Positions 40,010 through 54,820 of a stretch of DNA of 64,000 nt are shown one piece after another. The notes beneath the pieces were generated by a model. That model was not told the DNA's origin. It saw only the letters and a program-made list of their open reading frames with translations, and did not search any database. Made by a program: the position numbers and the translations under genes. This stretch comes from Eledone cirrhosa (Eukaryota): NCBI GenBank assembly GCA_964016885.1, contig OZ024740.1:410750001-410814000 (forward strand), given 5' to 3'. Numbering within the stretch: position 1 is the stretch's first letter; each line of letters opens with the position of its first letter.

Positions 40010-40919
40010 TTTTTTTTTTACCAGTCTTACCTTAACACACTAATTGATATATGTTGATCACATATAAACAGAAGCTTTGTAATTAAATTAATTCTCTATG
40101 ATTTACTAACAATCATGTATGTAATATTTCATTACCTGACTTATTCTAGACTGAGCAGCTGATCAGAACTATCATCATTTTGTAACACGTTTTATCTGGC
40201 TAAAGATATGAGTTCTATTGTAGCGTAAGTACAAGTTAACCAACTATGCATTTTAAAAAAGGGCCGTTCTACATAGGCATCATGTCTATTTTGAAAGGTA
40301 TGGTGAGAAGTATGAATGATTCTGTCTCTAGCATTTATCTCCATTAATTCCACTCTATAATCCGCCAGTTAGAAATGCGGAATAAGTTGATAATACGCAG
40401 AGATTGTGATTTTCATAGATATTGTTTTGAAACATTATTCAGATGAAATCCGTTTTTCTATTAATAATCTTGAATTGATTTAGTTATATTTAGTTATATT
40501 TTTCTATAATTTTTGCAAATTCTGTAAATTCTAATTCGAGACATTCCATTCTGTGCAGATACTTGTTTCATTCGGCGTAATACACATATGGTAGGGGATT
40601 CACGCACGTTTTTTTATCTTCTAGTCAAGTTAAATAAGTTTTATCAGAGTTGAATTATCTTCAATTTAGCTTCAAGGTGTATGTATTGATTTTCTGACAG
40701 AAAATGTTTGTTTGTTTGTTGCTATTGATTCGCACTCAGAAATAAAATTCCTTTCTGCAACAAACTTTCCTCGGCAGATACGGGTCATTCAAAGATCGGA
40801 ATACAAAACAACATTCTTGAATTATATATATAAACATGTTGCAGCTATGAACGGTTATCTAAAAAATAGATTTTCTATAATTTTGTGTGATTGTACCTGT
40901 GTAGGTGTATATAAGCACA

Positions 40920-40953
<34 letters not shown>

Positions 40954-41132
40954 TGTGCTTATATACACCTCTGAGATGTATTTATAATATACAGCCGGCT
41001 ATCTGCAAAATACAATATAGTTAGCACCCCAAACATATAATTAGGATTATACTCAGGTATATCCTAATGTTTGTTGAGTGAGATGGTTGTCGGTCGGAGT
41101 ATTGCTTAAAGCTTTCTCTGTTAATGTATTAA

Positions 41133-41174
<42 letters not shown>

Positions 41175-41289
41175 AAATACCTTATTGAGTGCTTAGCTAC
41201 ACATTCCGATTGCATTCGTTAGCCTAGCTGCAGCCAGAGCTTCGAATATGCTGAACTTCCATAACCGCATAACTTCTATAATCTCATAA

Positions 41290-41339
<50 letters not shown>

Positions 41340-41969
41340 TTATGAGATCATTGTGTAATGATGAGTTTCATAATGTATAGTGTATGTGCTTAAATAAGGG
41401 ATATACTTGCAATCACCCGGCCCCATATATATATACACGATTGAGCACACGTGTGTGTGTGTGATTGTATGTATGTATATATGTATGTGTGTATGTATGT
41501 TTATATGGATGTATGTATATATGTTCTTCTGGTTTTATAATTTCACAAATGTTTGCCAATAGAGAGTCGGTTTCTAGCATAGCTACAAGATTCTCTTGCT
41601 GGAATTTACACAACATCAACTAGGTAGATAGTATGCATGTGTAGGTATGGATGTTATTGTATGTGTGGATGTGTATGTTTTGAGTTGTGTGTGTGCATGT
41701 GTATCCATACATGCATTTATTAGATGCAAAATCTTTGGAATGTTTTACATATTTTTATTGTTCTATTAATGGTGTGTACTTGTAATTTCCTAACTAGTTG
41801 TGTTCTTTCAGTTCCTGTGAATGTATGTATGTACGTACGTACGTACGTATGTATGTATGTATGTATGTATGTATGTATGTATGTATGTATGTATGTATGT
41901 ATGTATGTACGTACGTACGTACGTACGTATGTATGTATGTATGTATGTATGTATGTATGTATGTATGTA

Positions 41970-42144
41970 TTGTCGTCACATGGTACCATGGGCCTGTGTC
42001 AATAATTGTCACAAATAGTGTTTGTGCCAGAGTTTTCAAGTCGCTGGCTGGACTAAAATGTCACACTCATTCAGCGCATCGGTAGGGGTTCTCCTACATA
42101 GATATAAAGTAATGGCCGTACTCGAAAACGAGTTGGCAGCCACC

Positions 42145-42175
<31 letters not shown>

Positions 42176-42835
42176 TGTATGTATGTATGTATGTATGTAT
42201 GTATGTATGTCAGGTCACCAGTTGGTGCTCTGGTAACATGTATCCCAGTACAACCTGTCTCATGGTCGGGTCGTTGGCGACTAAACTGGCAACCCCACCA
42301 AGGTTTCTTGGTGAGGAGGGTGACTTTGGACATCCTGCAGGACTAAAAACAAAACCTGTCAAAGTGCAAAGAAGCTCTTAAGAGTCAATGGCCATCCAAA
42401 ATCACCGGGAGAGACGACCCCTTAGCCTTTGTCAAGGCAGAATTCTAGGAGAAGGAAAACTCTGATATAACACCTGCAACCCTGATGGTATCCAATGATG
42501 TTGACTTGTTCTTCTTTTTGGTAAATATCATCTTGGTTAAGAGAGTGGGACTGGCTTTGTGCAGTGCCTTTGCTCACCATAAAAGCTTCACGGCACAGGC
42601 ATTGCTTTATATCTGGAGATCTCTCTGCACTTGTCGTCACATGGTACCATGGGCCCAGCACTATGTGTCAATAATTGTCACAACTGTAGTGTTTGTACCA
42701 GAGTTTTCAAGTCGCTGGCTGGACTAAAAAGTCACACTCGTTCAGCGCATCGGTAGGGGTTCTCCTACATGGATATAAAGTAGTGGCCGTACTCGAAAAC
42801 TAGTTGGCAGCCACCATGTATGTATGTATGTATAT
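41970..42835 (+). mobile_element. RTE-derived short retroposon: truncated copy (41970-42209) followed by a full copy (42212-42835), within (TATG)n
   Basis: ~180 bp direct repeat at 41970-42146 and 42631-42817, each followed by (TATG)n. The head contains tctaggagaaggaaaactctga, similar to the RTE 5' UTR at ~11665-11700. Confidence 0.75.
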
Positions 42836-42836
42836 G

Positions 42837-43219
42837 AGGCGGCGAATTGTAATGCACTTAGAATATCGAATATAATGCTTTGCTGTCTTCGTTCTAAATC
42901 TCTGCGCTTCAAGTTCAAATGACGTCGAGATTAGGTTTGGCTGTCATACAGTGTCAATAAAATAAAGTACCAGTAATGCACTGGATTCGATTTAATTGAC
43001 TTTCCCCCATACCGTAATTGCTGGCCTTGTTCCTAAATCAAAAACCATTATTCTCATTGGTAGAGCGTCAGACACCATAATTTACACTATGGAATTATGG
43101 CCCTTTACGTTCTGAGTTCAAATCCGCCGAGGTTAACTTCGCCTTTCATCCTTACGGGGTCGAAAAAATAAAGTACCAGTAATGCACTGGGTAATTGTGT
43201 CAAAAGTAGAAACCTTTAT
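42837..43219 (+). mobile_element. Two tandem SINE copies
   Basis: Two B boxes and cores. Confidence 0.8.
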
Positions 43220-43479
43220 TCTTATAATAGGTTTCTAGACTATGCACCACACCTTTCGCTCTGACAGTTTGTTCATTTTCAACTGTTTCTAAAGCGTTTT
43301 TATTTGAAATTTTGTACATTTCCGTTTCTAAGCCGACCAGCTCCCAAGAAACTTGGTACATTGCCCCTAAAGGGCTAAAACTGCATTTATTTTGTTATTT
43401 TACTACTTAAAAATAAAAGAAAAACATGGTGGATACAGAAGTGTCTTTTCATAAAACAAAAAAAGAACAGCATGGTGCA

Positions 43480-43900
43480 CGAAAACATCAAGAACACCAA
43501 CGCCACCACTGTAACCACGACCACTACAGACACCGCCAACAGTAACATCAACAACAACAACAGCAACAGCAACAGTAGCAATAGTAACAGTACCTAAAAT
43601 AACAGCAACAACTGCGACGACGACAACAACAACAACAACAACATCCTAAATAAAAAAATTCACGTACAGTAAAAGTATATTCGAACTGGATTTCCCGCTA
43701 CTACCAAAATCTTCCACCTCCACCACCACAACAGTAAGCTATAACACAGACATAAACAACAGTGCTAGTACCACCATTACCACCACCACTTCCGCTACCA
43801 CCAACACCATTACCACCCCGAAAGAAACAAAATGTACAATACAAACAACAATAACAACAACATGAAGTCCAACAACGTGTACAACAACAACAACAATAAA
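43480..43900. repeat. (CAA)/(CCA)/(CAG)-rich low-complexity tract
   Basis: Direct inspection. Confidence 0.85.
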
Positions 43901-43909
43901 ACATATCAG

Positions 43910-45050
43910 GTGTATCTTGGACAGCATGGTGACTCTGCCTTGAAATTTCGGGAAAATCGGCTAAACGTAACGCCTAAAAAAAGCCCTAAAAAGCTTTTCA
44001 CCTAGGCCATAAGAAAGTTGGATTTTCTTTGCTCACGGTATGAAGAAGCGACTGACTAATACATAGTTACAATTTCAAGGAAATCGGTCTGACGTAACCC
44101 CTAAGAAGCTGAAAAAACGCAGTTTTTCACCTAATGCGGGCCCTAGGGGATCAAAAAGTTGAATTTTTTATGTGCATAACACTCCCTGAAACATAATGCG
44201 GGCGGCCAACAGACCTAATCGTGGGAAAACTGCATACCTCGACAATATGTAAAGAAAATAAACCGAATACTCTGATGCAATTAGTATTAGGTATGCTTCT
44301 CCTTCCACGTGGAGAAAATCGGCTTGGTGCTTTTGTACTTTAATAAAGTGGCATGAGTCAGCAGGACATATGTCACCATTTATGTCAGAGGGAAGTCTGC
44401 AACGCTTGAGCAAGGCATGACGTGCAATCGGACAGCACGTGGAGCCTTCTCGAATCAGTTCCCGCACCTTAGTAAGTAAACGCAACTGGACAAACGTTTA
44501 CCAAACTGTGGGTATAATTTAACAAATTTAAAGAGGAATGGTGCAATAAACTGGGCCCCGAGGTGTGTGCGCGTTCACTGGCAGCCCTAAACGAAAGGGT
44601 CGCCATCAGCTATTTCAAGGGTCCTTAAAAGGGCCGTGTAAGCCGTTCTCTGACACCCCAGTAAGGAGGGGTAACCATCAACAATTTCAAATGTTGGCCC
44701 TAAATAGGGCCATGTGAGCGTTCACTTGTAGCCCTTAAAAGTAACTTTGACTGCGTTCTCTGACATTTGAAGGAGGGTATTACGATTGCTTCCACTGGTA
44801 GCTTTTAGAATGAATCAGAATGCGTTCGCGGTCCGTTTAATAGCCATACATTGATGCGCCGAGTGCGAAGCGGAAGGTCCATCTCTGAAGGTAGTCACCT
44901 GAATCCGAGGGAAAATGTATTTCGGGTAATAGGCCAGGAATGGCAACCGGATTGCCTTAAGAAATGTTGATAACGAACCTACCTCATCTTTGTGCAAATG
45001 CAAGAAGACTCTCCCAGCTGCCAACTATAGAGCACCCATCGAACAACGAT
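43910..45050 (-). mobile_element. Probable Helitron-related non-autonomous sequence carrying a second copy of the helicase 3' end
   Basis: 44945-45045 parallels 45390-45545 (AAGRVFLHLH vs AAGRGFLHLH). Internal repeats at 43955-44170 and 44550-44765. Confidence 0.4.
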
Positions 45051-45362
45051 CCACTTAACGACCTTACATTGCCGCACCAATTGTCAAGGGGAAGGTTCTT
45101 AGCTGAAGGCTTCACCTTAACCCCTTAGCATTCACATTACTCTATATGTACTATTATATGGTCATGGTAAAGGCTTTACCTCGCATAATTATCTCACATA
45201 ATATTGAATTTATGAGATTTTTAAAGTATTTATTTTGAGAACAATCCCTTAACATCAGTTTGAGCGACCAGTTACAGCCAGTTTCAACAGAAAGAGGTAG
45301 AGAATTCTGGCCGGTTTTGGCCGGTTTGAACTTTAAAGGGTTAAACCGTAGAAAAATCTCAT

Positions 45363-46300
45363 TTCAGTTAGTAGCCCGTACGAATTGCGACCAGATTGGT
45401 TTAAGAAAGGGCAATAATGAACCTACCTTGTCGCTGTTCCATTTATAACACCTCGTTGTAAACAATGTTCCTTGTTTTCCCACGTCGTGTAAATGCAAAA
45501 AGCCTCTCCCTGCTGCCAACTCTAGTGCACCCAACGTACAATTGTCCGTGGGAGAAACAGGGCTCCTCCAGTAGAAGTCCGGCCACAGAAAGAGTCTGAC
45601 CCTGGGACTTGTTAATGGACATGGCAAAACTGACCCGAAGCGGGAATTGCAGTCTCTGAAGATAAACGGAATTTCAGCTCCCGATGGAGTAAAAGGAATT
45701 CTCGGAATGAAGACATCGTCGCCTTTTCCGCACCCAGAGAGGATTGTTGCCTCGATAACATGGTCCGTCATTTTCTTTACAGCCAGGCGTGTTCCGTTGC
45801 ACAGCCTCGGTGGCTCCAAATTCCGCAACAACATAACAGGACTCCCTACTTTAAGGCGTAGCATGTGGAGCGGCAGTCCTGGAGTCTGTAAGGAGTTTAG
45901 GAATTCTGGTGGAAAGTTCACCACTTCATTTGGATCGGGCATCGTATAAACAGACTTGTAGTTGCGAAGAGCACCAGGAAGGGAAACAAGTAGCAGGTCG
46001 TTGAAATTGTTAACAGTGGCGTTTTTTGGAGCAAGCACTGCTCTTTCGCACAAGCTTGCGTGGTCCTGGAAATGGTGTTGCAAATCTGGAAACACTTTAT
46101 CTTTAAGCTCTGCCACAGAATTAACAGAAGTCGCAAATGGCCACACTTCCAGTTCGCCTTCAGCGTCAAGAGGCACGTTGCCGTAGCCACTCCCTGAAAC
46201 ATGTGTAAAGTTTGAAAACAGTCGGTTGTGTGCTTCTCTAGTTTTAGGGATTCAAACTCACACACACACACAGACAGACATCCTCAGTTTTATATATATA
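45363..46300 (-). mobile_element. Internally deleted Helitron with a PIF1-like helicase C-terminal remnant
   Basis: RAVLAPKN, PEFLNSL...GLPLH.LRLKVG.PVMLLRNL..PRLCNGTRL, IPRIP, then frameshifted QFPLRVSFAMSINKSQGQT and FSHGQLYV. The 5' end reads TATATATATAAAACTGAGGATGTCTGTCTGTGTG. Confidence 0.92.
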
Positions 46301-46702
46301 AATAATAATTGTTTCTACTTTTGGCACAAGCCCAGCAAATTACCGAGTACATTACTGGTACTTTATTTTATCGACCCCGTAAGGATGAAAGGCAAAGGTA
46401 ACCTCGGCGGGATTTGACCTCACACCATAAAGGGCCGTAACTCTTTGCTGCAAAGCGTGGCATCCGACCCTCTACCGATACTGCCAATCCACCGCCTATT
46501 TATTTCACATAATAATTGTTTCTACTATTGGCACAAGGCCAGCAATTATCCCAGTGCATTACTGGTACTTTATTGTATCACTTCCCGTAAAGATGAAAGG
46601 CAAAGTTAACCTCGGCGGGATTTGAACTCAGAATGGCAAGGGCCGTAACTATGCATCAAAGCATGGCGTCCGACCCTGTACCGATACTGCCAATTCCCCG
46701 CC
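46301..46702 (-). mobile_element. Two tandem major SINE copies
   Basis: Copies at 46301-46496 and 46510-46702. Confidence 0.9.
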
Positions 46703-48031
46703 GTTGAATAGATCGACCTCGAAAAAGGATAGATGGGAGTTCAGTTGAGGTGTGGTGGACGATTTATAGAGTCCTGTCTTATTCTGTTATTTGTCGTTTT
46801 TTATCAAGTCGCGTTTGTCGTAGAATGTGCTCCAAAAACATTCAATAAAAATGTTTTGCTCATATACTGTAACTTCTGATATAGACATGGACATTTATTT
46901 TTAAATAACATTTCAATCCCAGATGAGTATCTTGTCTCTTTAAATTGTATTAGCTTTATCTCTTACAAATGTCTTATTGAAAAAAAAGAAAGACTAATTT
47001 AAATATATATACATATTGTATATACATAAAATAACATGTATAAATGTGTGTGTGTGCGTGTATAGATGTATGTGGTATGTGCGTTTGTGTGTATGTTTGC
47101 ATGTATATATAAAGCGTGCATGGGTGGATGAGAATGAGTGAGTGTGTGTATGTGCGTGTTTTTGTAATCTGTGTGCATACATTTAAAGTCGTCTTTTGTG
47201 GCCGTATATACAGCCCAGCCACTTTGGGGAAATTAATCTAACAACAGAACTCAGTGGAGACGAGTTTCTCAGTGAAATGTTTACAAAAGGAAATACCAGG
47301 TCATTAATATTGCATTAATTTTAATTTTTATCCAATTAAGATTGCATTCCAGCCGATTGGTGTCATCTCCCATGTCATGTGCTGATACATCTTACTCCGC
47401 TATGGAATATTCCACACAACCAGCTTACCATATAAAACCTATTTCTCCCAACTACCACATATATCACCATAAGCAACAAAACCATCGTAACTTCAAACAA
47501 GCTAGAACAATAACTAAATAATGTTTGCCATTTACTCAAAGACCAGTTGTTATTTACATATATGACAATTCAATACGCTCAGTTTTACACTGCGAAAATT
47601 CCTAATCCCACGTGATTTAAATGAAAGGAAGCCTGTAAAATATTTATTATCAGCAGGGAAACTTTCCAAAATTATGAAGCAGCATCACTAAAGTTTCGTA
47701 TATGAATGTCAAGTATAATGTTGTCAGTGATTTTATCACGTAATGTTTTGTGCGAGTTATTTTTGATATAGAGCATGCTGGAAATGAGAACAAATACGTA
47801 GCATTGAAACATAAAATCGATCGAAGGAAAAAAATAATTATTTTATTTTAGTCATCTCTTAGCTTAATGAGATAATAATCACGTGTATAAACACATACAA
47901 AAACACACACATACATACACACACACACACTTCCAGACACATATATGAATATAAATTTTATTTTTAATTTACACATCTCACAATTATTGGGCTCATATTT
48001 TGTATTCTATGCAAGTAATTGTGAGTGTGCT

Positions 48032-48111
<80 letters not shown>

Positions 48112-48136
48112 CATATATATATACATATATATATAC

Positions 48137-49175
<1,039 letters not shown>

Positions 49176-49179
49176 TTAG

Positions 49180-49800
49180 TCTACGACTTCAGCTATACCA
49201 TTTACGTGGTTTTGTTTTTGCGTGCTATTGTTCTCCACGCTCAACATATGACGTATTATCTTCGCTTTTTTCGTTCATTGCCAGAGAACGTCTCTATGAA
49301 CCACCTAAGAGAACATTAGTCTACGACCTCTTTTATAGCATAAACGTGGTTCTGTCTTTGCGCGTAATAGTTTTTCACCGCTCCTATTAATGACGTATTA
49401 TATCCACGTATTATGCGGTGGATTGGCAGTATCAGTAGAGAGTCGGACGCCATGCTTTCCAGCATAGTTACGTCCCTTGACGGTCTGTGTTCAAATCCCG
49501 CCGAGGTTAACTTTGCCTTTCATCCTTACGGGGTCGATAAAATAATGTACCAGTAATGTACTGGGTAATTGCTGGCCTTGTGCCAAAAGTAGAAACAATT
49601 ATATTCGTTTTTTCCCGTTCTTTGCCAGGGAACGTTTCCACGAACCAAAGTATCGTCTTCCTGTCTTCCTCCGGTTGCAACGTTATTTGAAATATCCACT
49701 TCTGCGTTTACAGATTGACTTTGTCAGTTTCAGAAGAACCCGTTAAGGGTGAAAGCAGCGATTCTTTGCTTAAACTTTAATCTGTTATTTTAATAAATAT
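49180..49800 (+). repeat. Dispersed ~400 bp repeat with a SINE inserted at 49415-49601
   Basis: Collinear with 21449-21834 once the SINE is removed. Confidence 0.8.
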
Positions 49801-49801
49801 G

Positions 49802-49869
<68 letters not shown>

Positions 49870-50009
49870 TTTGCTTTTCAGCCTTACGGGGTTGATAAAA
49901 TAAAGTACCAGTAATGGCTTCTAATACCTTCACCAATCTCTCCTATCCTATCTCTCTATCTCTATCTCTCTTTCTCTCTCTCTCTCTATATATATATATA
50001 TAAGTGGTA

Positions 50010-50692
50010 ACACCACTGTTAGTAAACCATACCGAGATCAATTGTTTCACCTTAGCGGATCCTTAGCTCGTAATGGACATGGTTATACAGAACAAGAAGG
50101 ACAACCGTATGAACGCGCATGCGCAGAAACGGTCACTTCACCCAGGCAATAAAAAACTGCATGCGAGAGGTGTAAGGGAGATAGCTGCGAAAGTCCGAAA
50201 GGTTCTAGTTGATAAGAAAATTAGGATGTTGTTGTTATTCAATCCGGAGCATTGGAGTTATGTAAGACGTGTTTCCAGACATGTGGCCAACGTGTGAAGA
50301 ATTCATTCCTTGAGTTTAGGAAATCGCTATTGCGTAATCCCTTTAGAATATTTATCCGTTCATCAATACATAGTCCACAAGACGGATTGCCCATTGCCTA
50401 TTGCTTGGACTTAGTGATGGGTTTCCATTGAATGGAGTAGTCTATACTTAGTCCTTGAGGGACCATACGTGGCTCGCGAGTTTCGTGGATGATAGTTTAT
50501 CCGGGTACCTAAAGGTCGACTGATGGTTCAGGAAGCGTTCCTTAAATCGACCCTCCGCCATACCGACATAGGATTTAACCTCTTGTGGTTGATTTAGTCG
50601 GCTGGAAGTGATCAAGGCTTCATAAACTACAGCGGGTGTGTTGCATTGCTGTTGGAGGGGACAAGCTTCAGGCTTTCGGCCTAAGTGGGCTA
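50010..50692 (-). mobile_element. PLE GIY-YIG endonuclease remnant (not in the ORF track)
   Basis: The minus strand reads CPLQQQCNTPAVVYEA...KSYVGMAEGRFKERFLNHQSTFRY...STKLASHVWSLKD*...IQWKPI...CGLCIDERINIL...LNSRNEFF. Confidence 0.9.
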
Positions 50693-50750
50693 AAAAAGGT
50701 TTTCCTACATTAGTGCTCTACTACCACGGATATTACTTTCCAGTGTTCTA

Positions 50751-50858
<108 letters not shown>

Positions 50859-50943
50859 CGCGCGTGCGCGTGTGTGTATCGATATATATATATTTATCAT
50901 TAGTACAGATTATATTTATATATATATATATTTATCTCTCACT

Positions 50944-51015
<72 letters not shown>

Positions 51016-51217
51016 CCCACACAAGGGAACGAGCGAAGGATTAAAGAACATCATCTTTGTCCGTCCCATTTTTGTTTTAGTTTGGATTGCCTCGAGAACA
51101 TAACCTTATTATGTCGAACAGGTTGCGCAGAATCGCATAGTCACTGTCATCATTGAAATATGTATTACAACCTTATAAATAAATTCACAGTCCAACTACT
51201 TCGCATTTTCTTCTTCT

Positions 51218-51269
<52 letters not shown>

Positions 51270-51272
<3 letters not shown>

Positions 51273-51423
51273 AAAAAGTATGACCCCGACAGCAGAGCTT
51301 AAACCGTTTCGCGGCTATTTCTGGACTAAATTAGAATTGTTTCCTATTACCCACTCTACTACCCTAAGTATTGAGTACTCTGGTGCGTTATGGTCCATCT
51401 GGCTCCTTACCACAACTCCTTCG

Positions 51424-51425
<2 letters not shown>
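51270..51425 (+). mobile_element. Palindromic-family element, one arm plus tail, inside (TA)n
   Basis: Matches 24527-24590 joined to 24640-24724. Confidence 0.8.
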
Positions 51426-51511
<86 letters not shown>

Positions 51512-51824
51512 GTGTATTATGTGTGTGTGAGAGAGAGAGAGCGATAGAGAGAAGTCGTGAATAAACTCTGTGCGTGTATGCGTGTTTCTGCATGAGTTTA
51601 CTATCGATGTAGTTCAAGATGTGTCAATTTTGATAGGACAGATTTTCCACCTGGAAACATCTCGTCTCTTTAGGCCTACTTATGCGCTATATTTTTTAAA
51701 TACTTTACGGTAGCTTAGACTGCTATTTGTCACGGGTTCAGTGAGTGATTGTGTATAGGGGTGCCCTGTGAATCGTAGGTGAATTGGGGTTTTTGTTCAG
51801 AGTGTGTCCCGGATGCATAATATA

Positions 51825-52216
51825 TAATTGTTTCTACTTTTGGCACAAAGGCAGCAATTATCCCAGTGCATTACTGGTACTTTATTTTATCGACCCCGTA
51901 AGGATGAAAAGCAAAGTGAACCTCGGCGTGATTTGAACTCAGACCATAAAGGGCTATAACTCTACGTTGCAATGCATAGCAGCTGACCCACTTCCAATAC
52001 TGCCAATCCACCGCATAATATATAATGAATCTTAATGGCAATATTGATAACTAAGCTACATACACAATTAATAGTAAAATAGGTTGGTGTCCCAGATATA
52101 TTTTAAGAACATTATTGAAATGTTACTGTTGCAGTCTACAACATTATCATTATCTGATAAGTTGGATGGCTTATTAAAATGGAAATAGAAAATATTATAT
52201 ATATATATATATACAT

Positions 52217-52264
<48 letters not shown>

Positions 52265-52612
52265 CACGAGCAACTGCGAGAGTTGGTGGACGCCGGCCCA
52301 CACAATCATCATGACAACTCTCTGAGATCCATGGTGCATCGAAATAACCTCCGCAATCACTTGCATGCAATAGGGAAAGTATCTAATCTTGATCAATGGC
52401 TGCCCCACAATGGGTCTAACCGTATCAATTGTTTCTTCTTTTGGCACACGGCCAGTAATTACCCAGTGCAGTACTGGTACTTTATTTTATCGATCCCGTA
52501 AGTATGAATGGCAAAGTTAACCTCGGCGGGATTTGAACTCAGAATCGCAAGGGTCGTAACTCTATACGTCAAAGCATTTTGTCCGACCCTCTACCGATAC
52601 TGCCAATCCACC
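51825..52612 (-). mobile_element. Two major SINE copies (51825-52014, 52427-52612)
   Basis: A/B boxes, core and tail present. Confidence 0.88.
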
Positions 52613-52614
52613 AA

Positions 52615-53651
52615 TGATTGTCGGGCTGCAGTTCCGACTTATTTGCTCTTCTATCGTCAAACAACCAACTGGTTATATTACATTGTTACTGATGATGAAA
52701 AATGGTGTCTCTACATTAATGTTAAGCGCAAGTTATTGTGGGTTTTAAACGTCAGTGCACCACAACGGCAATCAAAGGCTGGTCTCAACCCCCGCAAGGT
52801 CATACTGAGTGTCTGGTGGGACTGAAGAGCCGTCATCCACTGCGACGAGCTGCTACACCGACCACCAACATAACCTCTGGCGACTATTGTAAATAACTTG
52901 ATAGAATAGCAGCGAAAATCGTATATGTGCGCCCACACCATTGTCCTGTTCGATTACTTCTTGATAACACTAGGCTGCATACCCATGAGAAGCTGCTGGA
53001 GCTAGGTTGGCAGGTTCTACCACACTCGACATATTCCCTTGACCTCGCACCTACAGACAATCACCTTTTTTCTCAATGAGCAAGCAATGGCGCCAAAGAG
53101 CAGTTAAATCAGTGGTTGACGGAATTCTTTGCATCGAAGCCAGAATAACGCTTCTGGGGTGGAATCACGTGCTTTCCTACACGATGACAAAAGGTAATCA
53201 CAAATAATTGTTTCTAATTTTGGCACAAGGCCAGCAATTACCCAGTACATTACTAGTACTATATTTTATCGACCCGTAAGGATGTAAGGCAAAGTTAACC
53301 TCGGCGGGATCTGAACTCAAACAGTAAAGGACTGTAACTATGTTGCAAAGCATGTTGTTCGATGCTTTACAGATACAGCCAAAAATAATTGTTTCTACTT
53401 TTTGGCACAAGGCCAGCAATTAACAGGTGCATTACTGGTACTTTATTTCATCGACCCCGTAAGGATGAAAGGCAAAGTTAACCTCGACGGGATTTGAACT
53501 CAGAATGGAAAGGTCCGTAACTCTATGCGTCAAAGCATGGCGTCCGGCCAGAAATAATGGCGATTATTTTGACTAAAATATTCCTAATATTAACGAACGC
53601 CAATGTCTATGAAAATTTGAAAAACAACGAGAAATTTTGTCCAACTTAATA
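52615..53651 (+). mobile_element. Mariner (Tc1/mariner) transposon relic interrupted by two SINEs (53203-53548, minus)
   Basis: IVTDDEKWCLY.N..RK..W, PRKVILSVWWD, GWQVLPHSTYSLDLAPTDNHLF (YSPDLAP motif), and a mariner-like right end ccaacttaata. Confidence 0.9.
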
Positions 53652-54119
53652 TAATCAGATATTTAATACAATATAAATTTAGTTTAATGTTTCAAATCAA
53701 GGTTAAAGTATATATTATTTTCATATAATAAAGTTCAATGTGACCTCAGTGAGATTTAAACTTAAATCAAATTCAGAATGCAGTTAAGCAATATACCAAA
53801 AGATTCGAAATAGCAATGACTATATATAGGATCTAACCTAGCTTTAAATTAAAAAAAAAAAACATTACAATTCAATCATCATGCCAATGTATCTGAACGT
53901 AGGAAATATCAAACGTAGGATATTATATTTATAGTATTATATAAGGTGATATTAAAATATATTTTGGCTTTCTTTTTATTCAATATGCATCTAAAATTAT
54001 TTATTCCCAGATAAGCATATATTTTTCATATAATAGAATTTAGAGTATATGAAAAAGAAAATATATGAAAATATAACACTGTATACACAAGAACTTACAC
54101 ACACATACACGCATATCGT

Positions 54120-54230
<111 letters not shown>

Positions 54231-54274
54231 AAGACACAAAGCAGGCTTTGTTTACAAACAGCTAGCGAATCTGA

Positions 54275-54564
54275 AAATTAGGTAGTAACATGGTCCTACG
54301 CCGCAATTGACCAAACAAAATTAGTTTGCTAGTTGGGATTTTTAAAAACCGACTGAATGGAAAAAAGGATCAGCACTGACATGGGACACGAACACACATC
54401 TTTGTTACCATTACACGTTGGTCCAACAATCCAAAGATGTGGGTTCGTGTCCCATGTACGACAGTGGTCATCCTTTTTTCCATTCAGTGGGTTTTTGAAA
54501 GTCGCAACTAGCAGACTAATTTTGCTTGGTCAATTGCAGCGTAGGACCATGTACTACCTAATTT
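54275..54564. repeat. Fold-back/MITE-like element with ~128 bp arms and ~30 bp spacer
   Basis: aaattaggtagtaacatggtcctacg...cacatcttt / aaagatgtgg...cgtaggaccatgtactacctaattt. Confidence 0.9.
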
Positions 54565-54669
54565 ACATGCATGTATTTTTAACGATCGACTTTTGTCAAA
54601 TCGGACCAAGGAAACAATGTTTTCGTCGGTTTTTCCAATTGCTAATACTATCTATCGGTCGCAACTCCA

Positions 54670-54797
54670 GGTAGAAGGAGCAACGTGAAATAAAGTGTCT
54701 TGCTCAAGGACATAAAACATCGCCCGGTCCAGGAATCGAACTCACAACCTCATGATTGTGAATCCAATTACCTAACCACTCAGCCACACGCCTTCAC
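54670..54797 (-). mobile_element. Second tRNA-derived SINE family, head region
   Basis: Minus strand: A box TGGCTGAGTGG, B box GAGTTCGATTCC, then tgtccttgagcaagacacttt. Confidence 0.8.
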
Positions 54798-54820
54798 TAT
54801 ATATGTATATATATGTATAT

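Noticed and set aside
41970-42817. LTR pair or TRIM
   Set aside because: Each repeat is followed by a (TATG)n tail and matches a retroposon 3' end, and there is no PBS or PPT. Better explained as two tandem retroposon copies.
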